Positions 54,501-64,000 of a DNA stretch of 64,000 bases are shown piece after piece. The notes below the pieces were generated by a model. It saw nothing but the letters and a program-made list of their open reading frames with translations, ran no database searches and was not told the DNA's origin. The position numbers were made by a program, and so were the translations under genes. The DNA lies in NCBI GenBank assembly GCA_964019335.1, contig OZ025689.1, positions 372,001-436,000 of the forward strand. The letters are read 5' to 3'. Within the stretch, counting starts at the first letter, position 1. Every line of letters starts with the position of its first letter. This DNA comes from Diplonema japonicum (lineage: Eukaryota > Protista > Euglenozoa: Diplonemea).

Positions 54501-57284
54501 GTTGTAAGTGTACTTCGCCTCGTAGTCAAATGGTACCTGTGCCGTAGCGAGGCACGTTGTGCTCTCGATCGATCTTGCCACACCCGGCTCGCTAGGCTGA
54601 TCATACTGCATGAACAAGTTGCGCTTCCTATCGGGTGCCCACAACATGAGCTCCTCTCGTTGCACGCTTCTCTTGTTGAAATCGGTGTGCTGCGTGTTGC
54701 ACTTCATACACTCCAAGGCGGTGATCCCACCGACCCTGCAGTGCTCTTTTGTTCTCTCCACGAACTTGTGCATGCTCTGGTGCCGATAAGTAAACTGCGC
54801 TCTCGGTTTCTGAAACCTCGTGGTAGTTTGAACCTGCCCGTCGTTGGTTCTTCTGGTAACTTGCTTCGCGACTGCTTGTTGAGCGCCATGAGCGCTCTTG
54901 GGTGAGTTGCATACCCCGCACGCGCCCTCCAGTTTCGTGTACATGCTGAGGTGGTCGATCCCGCACATCGGATGGCAGACTTGCGGTAAGGAGCATGTGG
55001 AGCAGGGCCTTGCGAAGAGGGTTTGCAAATCGGTAGGCATGCTGTCGCTCATGAGAGGTGTGTACTCATGAACACCGATAGATGAGAACCTGGGGCACAT
55101 GACCTCATTCGCAATCTTCATGAAATTGCACCCCATCACTGTGGACATCAAGTGCCGCCCGACGAGGTTGCCTGAAACGTAGAATCGTTGCGGTGTGAAC
55201 AGCTTCTGCGTTGCGTAGATCTCGACGATGGGGAGGTCCATCCGGGTGGGCATCGCTGTGAGGGCAGGGAAGTTGTTGAGCAGGAATCTTAACAGCTCCG
55301 GTTTGTTGTCGAAATACTTCTGCCGGATCTTCTCTTCCGTCATGCGGTTCTTACCGCTCCACTTCATGTGGGTGTATCGCTCTGCAAGGTTCGCATCGAG
55401 GAGCATTTTAGTGAGCCTGCCATCACGGAGATCGCCGTTGGCGTTCTGGTCGATCCCGAACCTGGCGACAAGCTCCATGAAGCTGAGTCCTTCCAAAGCA
55501 TCGTAAGGCGTGGTGATCATCTCCCTCGGGGTGGTGGTGCTGTTGAAGTTGAAGGAAATCATGTCCATTGAAATCAAGCTAGCAAGCGGCGCGAACCTAC
55601 GGAAGGCGTTTGTATGATTCTCGAGTCCCCAATGAAGCAAGTTTAAACCGGTAATCCCGCTCGGCCGCCGCTTGTCGTCAAACGCCTTGTGCAGCGTTGC
55701 GCTCTGTATCCTGCACAGTAGCTTCGGGTACACGTCTCTCACCTCCTGCTTCTGCATCTTTACCTTAATAGGGTACCCTCTCGGGTGAACGGGCACGTTG
55801 TTGATCCACTGTGCCTCACCGTCACGGAAATCAGGCTGCAGCACAGCAGCGTCCATAAGAAGCTTGGACGGCACGTTCTCCAGAATGGACAGCGGGTACG
55901 TGCACACAGTCATTTGGTTCCAGATGTGCACCAGCATCGTTGCCTTGAATCGGTGGTCCACGTGAAATATAATCACTTCCGGATTTTTCTCCATCTGAAG
56001 TGCCTCGTAAGGAGCAGGCCCCCCGGGGATACCCTTTATCTTAGCTGCGGGCTTCATTTTCAGTTTCAGGAACGAGCTTTCCTCGACCTTCTCAATGTTC
56101 TTTGGGAAAAGGGCCACGTTGTCTCTGTAAGGATGCGTTTTGCTCGTGGTGGGGATGCAGCCCGATCCATACTGGCCCGGTTTTGTGGTTGTGGCTGTCA
56201 TGACACCCCTATCGCCGACCGCGAAAGTCCAAGAGCCGGAGGAGAAGCAGGTTGTCACTTTGAAGCAGTCACCCGGCTGCAGGTGAGGCAGGAGCTGAAA
56301 CGCTGAAACGTCGGCCACCTTCGCAGGTTCCTTCTGAGAGAACTTCACGACAGCTTCTGTCTCGCTCAGCATGACCAGAATGGTGCCGTACATGTTATTG
56401 TGAGTCACAAGACGGCCCTTTTGATGCCCTTCGGGACTGGATACATTACAGCTTCGAAGGTTACGGACAAGGGTCGAACCGTCGCTGGCTTTTTTAGACA
56501 GCCAACCGTGGGTGGGGCTGTTGATGAAGTAGCGGTTGCCTGCCTTTTGGATGACCTTGACGATGGTGCCGCGTGGGAGGTCGCAGACGACCACGGAGTT
56601 CAGATTTTGCTGCTTGCGGACCTTAGCGGAGTCAGCGATAACTACATACTTGCCCCGTCCAGGGTCGAGGTCGATGACGATTTCCTCGTTTGAGTCGAAA
56701 GAGGTATCGAATTCCTCGTCTTCACCATCACCATAACCATCATCATAATCATCGCCATAATCTTCTCTGTAATCGTCAGCGTATTCGCCATATCCATCAT
56801 ATTCCCCGCCGTCCCCGCCGTAGCTGCTAAACACATCGCTGCCGGGCAGCGGAAAATCGGGGAAAGTATCGCGCCTGGTTCGGGCACGAGCTCGGGCTGG
56901 AGCTGGGGGTGGGGCCGCGGCCGGAGTCGGTGTTGGGGTGGCGACGGGCAGGGGTACAGGCATTGCTGCTGCCGCAGCCATCGTGAACAGAGAATCTCCT
57001 GCAACTGCAACATCGCCCTTCGCGTCGATCAACGCATGCAAAACCTTCTTCAGGCACGACACAATTTCAAAATTCGCTGACGGGCATGTGTGCGCACATG
57101 CTGTTATGTTTAAAACATCTGCTCTGCATTTTGTACAGCACACGACACCACCGCCGTAGACCAACGGCAGTAATGACTTCACCCTTTGCGTTACAACAGC
57201 ACCCCCCTTTGACCTTACCAATTTCGTCGCTGCTGTCTTCTGCCCATCGTTAAACATGCGCATCCATGTCTCTTCGTTCGTCAT
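51548..57284 (-). CDS. SNF2-family ATPase with RING finger (RAD5/HLTF/SHPRH-like), about 1624 aa, 5 exons
   Basis: Exons 57284-53937, 53211-53140, 53092-52908, 52867-51700, 51649-51548. Motifs: PRPYQ, GGLLASEMGMGKT, WWHR|ILFDEIH, LLTGTPV, C3HC4 RING, GLNLTSAN, QAIGRCHRISQ. N-terminal SH3b-like segment. Confidence 0.88.
53237..53905. mobile_element. Decayed Crypton-like (tyrosine recombinase) DNA element with nested inverted repeats, inside the 725-nt intron 53212-53936
   Basis: 26/30 inverted repeat at 53237-53266 / 53716-53745. Perfect 25-bp IR at 53328-53352 / 53374-53398. About 148-bp palindrome at 53758-53905. Frameshifted plus-strand peptide remnants at 53420-53662. Confidence 0.7.
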
Positions 57285-57519
57285 TTTCTTTTTTTCTTCC
57301 TTCTCTTTTTTTTTCCCCCCCCCGCCCCGCCTCCCCCTTTTTTTTTTCTTTTTTTTTTCTCCCCTTATCCGGAGGACAGGGAGAAACACCGTAAAAAAAA
57401 AAAAAAAAAAGATAAATCCAGCAAATCTAAAGCGAACCTATAACAGAATGAAAAAAAAAGAGAAGAAAAAAAAGGGGAAATTTCTAGTCGGTAAAATAAA
57501 ATCGTCTATTGATACATCT

Positions 57520-57556
<37 letters not shown>

Positions 57557-57559
57557 CAC

Positions 57560-59106
57560 TCATACCAGATATGTAAACATGACACCACAGTCACCACTAT
57601 GGGTGACGGGAACCGCATGGGTGATACCTTCAGTCCATGTCACCACACGGCCTGGTTTAAAGGGGATGGCGTGCGTGTCATCCTGTTTTTTTTTTTTTAA
57701 ACTTGTGCCGAGCATCCCACACAAACCTTGAGCTTTAACGAACCGTTCCCCGTGACCATGATCGCTGTCGGAACACCGACACCTTGCGCGAGGCCTGTTT
57801 GCATAGCAAGGGGAAGAAGCTCCTCGCCAGGCGTCAGCCGTAAGAACATTCCCTGCGAGGCAACACCCGAGAGAGACAGTGTCTTGTCCTTACTCACAAC
57901 GGTCTTGGGGAGGAATTTTGCAGCACGTGTGAAGAGGATGCGGATTACAGATGCAAACACATCACCCGTGATCATCCTGCTATGTGATTCAAAACCAATA
58001 TGGAACGGCATCGGCTTAGGGACACCTTCATGGTCAAAAACAGAGAGCAGGTTCGACGCCTCGTCAGTGTTGAAAATATAATCAAAGTACGTCACGTCCG
58101 CAGACACAGCTTCCCGCCAAACCTCTTGAGTAACGTCGCGTGAGGGGATGGCAAGAGAGGCTCTAGGCGGCTGTCTGGGCGCAACGCGTGGATGTTCTGT
58201 TTCTGCTAGCTTCTTCAGGATGTCTGGTGCGTCTTGATGTGCGGCCTTGTGCAGTGCAGCGTCTTTCAATTTCTTTTTATCCTGGAGTACAACCAACGGG
58301 TTCGAGTCTTCACGTGCGTCGGAAAATATTTTCACCAATGGTATGCTGATGATGTCTCCAAACTTAATCTCCCGTTTCGCCCTTAACACCAGCTTCCCTT
58401 CATCCGTGAAGACGTAATCGGCATTTGGAGTCGGTACCTCTTGCGCTGCAATACTCTTCTTCGATCTCGGCCGTGCTCCTACCGATTGCAGTTTAGGTTT
58501 CGCAGCTGCCATTCGCTTCGCGGCTGATGTGTACTTAAAGATACCCTTTCCTGATGGGAGATCAAGGCTGCCCTTTTCGGCTATGACGCATAAACGGGAG
58601 ATTTGAGGTATGTCTTTGAAAGCTGTCTCGTGGATTGTTTTTGTAAAGCCTCTTTGCGTGAGGACGCAGAAGCTCGTCATGAGTTTCAATTTTTCCTCGT
58701 CCATTGTGGTGTCGCGTATCTGCCAAGGCATGTTCCATATGGTGTCGGTGTCGCCTTTGCGGGACCTCGTTGCGCAGTACCGTTGGACGTAAGGGAGCGT
58801 GCTGTCGCAGAACACACCCACAGTCTTCATGGCAGCTGCCATTTTCTTGATCGCGACGCACCTCTGTACAAGTATTTTGTCGCTGTCGCTGCCTTGCTGC
58901 GCAATGTCGATGTCCTTTCCCCACGCCAGCAGCGGGTTTTCTGCTAGAATTACGTCCCCCGCGGGTATCCTCTCCACGGCAACCAAGTCCACCGTTTTCA
59001 CACCCCCCACCTCTGTCTTGCCCACCCTCACCACTGCCCGAGGCGCTTTTGTCACGCCGTCCTCCTCAAAATACCCATATGGAGCTTCAATCTCCGTTCT
59101 CGTCAT
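57560..59106 (-). CDS. Divergent SET/SMYD-like domain plus C-terminal 2OG-oxygenase-like beta domain, 2 exons
   Basis: LVAVERIPAGDVILAENPL and PNA...LVLRAKREIKFGDII are SET-like. A 44-nt intron (57726-57683) gives LKLK|DDTHAIPFKPGRVVTW...MFTYLV*. Confidence 0.65.
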
Positions 59107-59385
59107 TTCCTTTCCTGTTTTCTTTTGTTTTTTTTCTTACCAAAAACGGTTATAAAATGGGGAATAGAAATAACTACAATAATTTTTCTGATAAGGAAAA
59201 AAAAGAAGGGGGGGGAGGTACGGGAAATAAAAAAAGAGGGAGAAAGAGAAGGGGAGAAAAAAAATCGTTCGGGGGAGGGGGGATATGAGTAAAAAAAAAA
59301 AGAAACACAACACTGGAAAAGGGAAGAAAAAAAAAAAAAAAAGAAAGAAACACTGTTCTTTGTAATTCAGTAGCGAGCACGCTAC

Positions 59386-62300
59386 TCAGAAGAGCACCTC
59401 CTGGGTGCCCTCGGCGTCGTTTCCGAAGAGCTCGTTGAGGTCGTCGGGGTCTTGTGCTTTCACAGGTTCATCGTGTTTCTCGAGCTGAGAGGCCTCCTGT
59501 GCCTGTTCCTTCGCACGCCTGTTCGCAAGAACATGCACATCGTGAAGCGTCTTCCCGAATGCACCATGGAATTTAACATCGCAGACCTTATAGTCTGTCG
59601 AGGACAGCTTGGCCCCCTCGACGGTTCTTAAGAAGATGAGCTGCAGCTTCTCATTGACAAGCTCGTGGTACTTCAGAATGATATCCAGTGCAGTGAAGGG
59701 GTCCCTACTGCTCTGCGTGACTTGCAGAAGTCGGAAGATGATGCCAGTGTCCGGTTGCTGTGGGAGGGTTCTTTTTTGTGCTTCAAATGCTCATACCAGC
59801 CCTTCCCTCTCCATGATGTTCCAGAATGTTGGTAGCTCGCTCACGGAAGACATGCACCTTGCCAGGTACAGCATCGTCACCTTGTCGATGGCGACGCTGA
59901 GGTCACGCATCTCCTGTAGCAGGTCGAGGGCCTCCTTGGTGTTTTTTTCCGCTGCTGCCACGTACAGCATCTTGTGGAATACGTGCTGGGAGTTCACCAC
60001 TGGTACCTTTTGCCTGTGCAGCTTGTGCAGCTCCTGTGATTAATTGTTATGTGCAGTTGAACCAGGGCATACCCTCTGCTCGTTGATTATCTCCCTTGCC
60101 AGCGCCATCCTCGTCACACCGTCGTCTTCTATCTCGCTGTGCGCACATGCGACAAGCGACAGTGCGATTGCCGTGTCGGAGACCCTCACGTTCGCGTCTT
60201 CGAACATTGTGTTCAGAACATGTTTAGCGTTGATAACACTTCCCTGTGGGTGGCGTGTGTGGCGTTGCGTTGCGTATCATACCTGAAGGGCGCATGTACT
60301 GATGCAGTTGTGGTAAGCGGTGAGATCGAGTCTGCAGCCTTCCGTCTGCATCACCTCATCTAGCAGCGACATGGCATCATCCATATTCTGCCTCGTGTAG
60401 TGCATCTTCATGAGCGAGGTCACGATGTCCGACCTGTCGTAGATGTTCTCTGTGTCGTCTTCCTTGAGCATCTTGTAGACTTCCTCTGCCCTTTTGTAGT
60501 CCCCTGCCCTTGTGCAGAGGCCCAGTAGTGCTGTGTACACCTTGATGCCAGGGTGGAGGGACAGCTCTTTTAGCACATTGACGAGCTTGAAGCCCATGTC
60601 GACCTCGACGGGTCTGGGCTGCTTGGTGGTGATCACCTTGGTGGGGAGGTCGTCCAACCAGTCCATCTCCTCCTCGCCTGGGGTGATGTTCCGCATGTAC
60701 GCGACGGTTTCGATTTTCATCCCCGTGTTGGACAGGGCCCTGATCGCCTGCGCGCAGAACTCTGGCGAGAAGACCACCTCCTTGCTGTCCTGGCTTGCGT
60801 CAAAGAGCTCGTTGAAAACGCCCTCCACCATGTCGACGGCGCCCCTCCCTGCCCACGCCCGTGCGACGTAGTAAAATGAGAACTGGTCGGGCTCCAAGCC
60901 TGGTGTCTTCTTCAGGATGTCGTAGATGCGCGACACTTCTTCAAAGTCGCCAGCAGCAGTGTAAACGGCCATCAGCTGGTTGTAAGTCTGGGTGGTGGGC
61001 TGCAGGTTGAAGTTCTTCATAGAGTCGAAGATGCCTTGCGCTACAGTGCAGTTCTTCTTAGTCGTTTTGTTGTTTTTCAAGTGGGAAAAGAACAAGGGCA
61101 TGTCGTCTTGCCCGCCCTCGGACCACTTGTAGAAGGTGCCGTACGATGTGGCATCCTTGTCCCTTGCGCAGGCGTGCAGCACCTTGTGCACCACTGGCAG
61201 GCTCACCTTGCCCGCCTCCAAGTTCTCCATGACGCTTAGCACCTCTTGGAACTCTCCGCAGTCTGCAAGGACAGCCAGGTACTTGTCCAGCGCGTCGTCC
61301 AGGTTGATCTTCTCATTACTGGACGCCGCCAGAGCTTTAAAGTCCATGAAGATCTCCTTCAGCACCTCCAGGTTTTCCTTTGCGTACGGGCCCGAACAGA
61401 GCGCCTTGATGACCTTGCTGTCCTTGACCTCCCGCTTGATCTGCTCGTACAGATCCTTCGCCTTGGCGTAGTCATTCGCCAGCACGAACAGCTTGATCTG
61501 CATGATGAACAGGTCCACCTTGTCGCTCGACGAGGAGATCACACCCTTCTCAAGCATGGTGTCCATCATCTCCCTCGACTTGCTGAGGAACGACACGACC
61601 TTGGTCCTCGCCGCGGCTTCCATCACATTGATGCACGCGGACTTTGTTTGCGAGGTCCGCAGCGCGGCTTCGTTGCCTTGCGTCTGCGCGAGGAGCGCGT
61701 TCCAAATATCAAAAGCGCCTTGCATGTCGCTGTTGGAAGCATAGGCTCGCATCAAGAGAGAGGACACAGTCACAGAGTGGATGTTCCGGTTGTTGAAGAA
61801 GTCATACCATTGGCGAAGGAGGTCGAGAAGGTCGGGTGACCGGGATCTGCTGCATGCCCAGAAGACACGCTCTGCGAGAACAACGGATAGGTAGAGGTGG
61901 CTGCCGTTACGGTCCGCAACTCTGGCGGGAAGCTGCTGCGGAGTGGCGCCTTCAACGACACAAAGCGAGCGGAGTAGTGAGATGAGCCGTGTGGCGTAGC
62001 CGGAATGCTGTGCATCAACAATCCCAAAGCACACGCTTTGTATGATGTCCACCTTACCAGCATAGGAGAAGTCGTTGTTGCTGATCAGCTTTTCGCACGC
62101 GCCGAAGAAGTTCTCTGTGTTCTTCGCTTTATGCGCGCGTAGCGACACACTGAACATCAAGGCGTACGTTTGATGGTTTGGCTTGATACCCATTTCCTTG
62201 AATTTCGAGTAAACAGAGTAAATAGCTTGGATGTCGACCTTTTCCTGGTACATTACAGTGAGCAGGGTGTTTGAAGCACTGGCGCCTACTATGAAAGGGC

Positions 62301-62709
62301 GGTTTTTTTCTTGGAACATTTTTATGGTCTGGACGATGATTTTTGCGGGGGCTTCGATAATGTGGTGGCGTTTCATTGCTTGGTACAAGGACATCAGGAA
62401 GGTCGCGCACCATTTGTCTGAGAGTTTCGAACCTTCGGACTTTGACACTACGAGGCGGACGAAATTACCGGGTGATTCTAGTTGTTTGGCGGTGTCGCTG
62501 CATTGGAACAAACTCTGAACGTGGATTTCTTCAAGTTTTTTTGCGGAGAGAAATTCATGTGTCTGTGCCCCGCTGCTTCCGCCGGCAATACCCTCTGGCG
62601 ACATCATGTTTAGTCTTTCCTGCGCCATAGCAGTATGCTCCTCGTTCCTCATCCTATTGCTGACCCATCTTGCACCTTTCCGTAACGCGTGCTTACGTAT
62701 TATCAGCAT
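59386..62709 (-). CDS. Pentatricopeptide-repeat (PPR) protein, probably mitochondrial, about 1068 aa, 4 exons
   Basis: Arg-rich N-terminus MLIIRKHALRKGARWVS. PPR motifs (GIKPNHQTYALM, LQPTTQTYNQLMAVY, PDQFSFYY, YTALLGLC). Three 39-nt introns: 60282-60244, 60072-60034, 59796-59758. Confidence 0.88.
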
Positions 62710-62902
62710 TTCTTTTTTTAATCTTTTTTTTTTCTCCCTCCCCCCACCTTCTTGTATTTTTCTTTCTTTGAAATATATATATTTTATATAAAGACTTTTT
62801 TTTTTTTTCTTTATCCACCCTTTCTTGCTTTTGAGCGCCAAAAAAAAAGAAAAAAAAAAAAAGTTCCACTTGTAAAAATGCATATAAAAAAAAAAAAATC
62901 CT

Positions 62903-63899
62903 TTCACTATCAATGGAAACGAAGTGGTTAGCAACGGCTCACCAAAACAAAAAGAAGAAGAAAAAAAAATCAGAAGGAACGAAAAAAAAAAAAAAAAAAA
63001 AAAAAAAAGAGAGAGAATTTCAATAATGTTTCGGTTTTTTTTTTTTTTTTTTTTTTTTTGAATTTTTTCTTTCATATTTCTTTCCAGTCTTGGAATGCAA
63101 GTGTTTTCCAAGTCCTTTTCCCCCATTACCTAGTACCACCCCCCCTTCCCATTTTTTAGGGAGGGGCGGGCACTTTTCTTTTTAATTCCTCGCATTCTTA
63201 CTAAATATGAGTTCGTCCGGGAGGGGAAAAAAAAATAGTCCATATCGGGTCAAATGCACGAGAGGTTTGTTTTGCTCTTTAAAACACGTACAAATAAACA
63301 AAAAAAAAACCCCCTCCCGAAATAAGCATCGCAATTGAAAGAAGGGCCACTCTACACCACATATGTCATCTATGGTTGCATGCCGCAATTTCTTTTTTTT
63401 TTTTTTTTTACTTTACTTACTTTGGAAAAAAATATTTGTTAACTTTTTGCAGCTTTCGCAGTTTTTGTAAAAGCGAACTAAAAAGCCAAATAGTCATTAA
63501 GAATTATTTCCTCCCCCCCCCTCCCGGACGAGCTCATGTAGATACAGAAAACTGAACTGAGTAAAGATTTAAAAAAAAAGGGGGGAGGGAAAAGCTCCCC
63601 TTTCTTGTTCGTTCTTTTTATTTTTTAAAAAAAAATTCTTTTTTTTTCGTTTCATATTCTTCATTTCACTGACACATAGTTTTTAGTGAGCAAATGTTCA
63701 TTTCCACACCCCCCCCCCCCCCCACCGGGAAGTTGATTTAAATTAAAAATAATTTTGCCTCCTCCCTTTTTTTTTTCTCTTCTTCTCTTCAGAAAGAGTG
63801 TGGTGCAGTACATGGTTTGGTATGACGTGTCTTCAAAAGAAATTCACTATGATAGGAACGAAGTGGTTAGCAACGGCCCGCCAACCAAGAAATATAGTG
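62903..63899. repeat. Dispersed direct repeat (21-bp identical core) bracketing a 20-bp inverted repeat
   Basis: AACGAAGTGGTTAGCAACGGC at 62918-62938 and 63857-63877. Inverted repeat 63207-63226 / 63518-63537 matches at 19/20. Confidence 0.75.
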
Positions 63900-64000
63900 G
63901 TACGTAGTCATTCTAAGAAAAAAAAAAAGAAAAAAAAAAAAAAAAGCAGTGCAGCCAAAACCCGCAAACCCAGAACAGCACATTTAAAAAAAATCAAAAA

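Noticed and set aside
61044-61142. Possible intron in the PPR gene (GTACGG...TAG)
   Set aside because: The obvious GT/AG pair would shift the frame, and the segment is open with coding-like codon usage.
62710-63126. N-terminal ORF extensions on PPR (also CPSF2, XPD, SNF2, PRMT)
   Set aside because: These are read-through of homopolymeric leader or spacer sequence; starts were reassigned to the first ATG of complex sequence.
63540-63562. Minus-strand CAGTTTTCTGTATC resembling the spliced-leader core
   Set aside because: Short imperfect match with no 39-nt SL exon, donor site or tandem array.

Overview
Eukaryotic nuclear DNA, most likely from a euglenozoan. A diplonemid fits best, but that assignment is an inference. 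All 21 protein-coding genes I can model lie on the minus strand, a kinetoplastid-style directional cluster. They are separated by homopolymer-rich spacers (A/T/G/C runs), and several have a pyrimidine tract plus AG upstream of the ATG, consistent with spliced-leader trans-splicing. Recognisable genes include MTR4, CPSF100/CPSF2, a sphingolipid C9-methyltransferase-like enzyme, an S10 serine carboxypeptidase with a 1-nt frameshift, XPD, a DnaJ protein, an axonemal dynein heavy chain, a RAD5-like SNF2/RING helicase and a PPR protein. Two tRNA genes (Ala-CGC, Lys-CTT) lie on the plus strand. Manual reading recovers 21 GT-AG introns that the ORF track misses; 19 are only 35-63 nt. Most have A/C-rich, U-poor 3' ends instead of a polypyrimidine tract, and 17 of 21 sit in the last third of the CDS. 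This suggests a sequence code separating cis from trans splice acceptors. The two long introns carry cargo: an antisense tRNA-Ala in MTR4, and a decayed Crypton-like tyrosine-recombinase element with nested palindromes in the SNF2 gene. Other notable points are a PRMT+SET fusion, a PDZ-like insert in the dynein tail, a tRNA-Lys with C33, and a 6-kb gene-free, hairpin-studded region. All coordinates were read by eye and no database searches were run.
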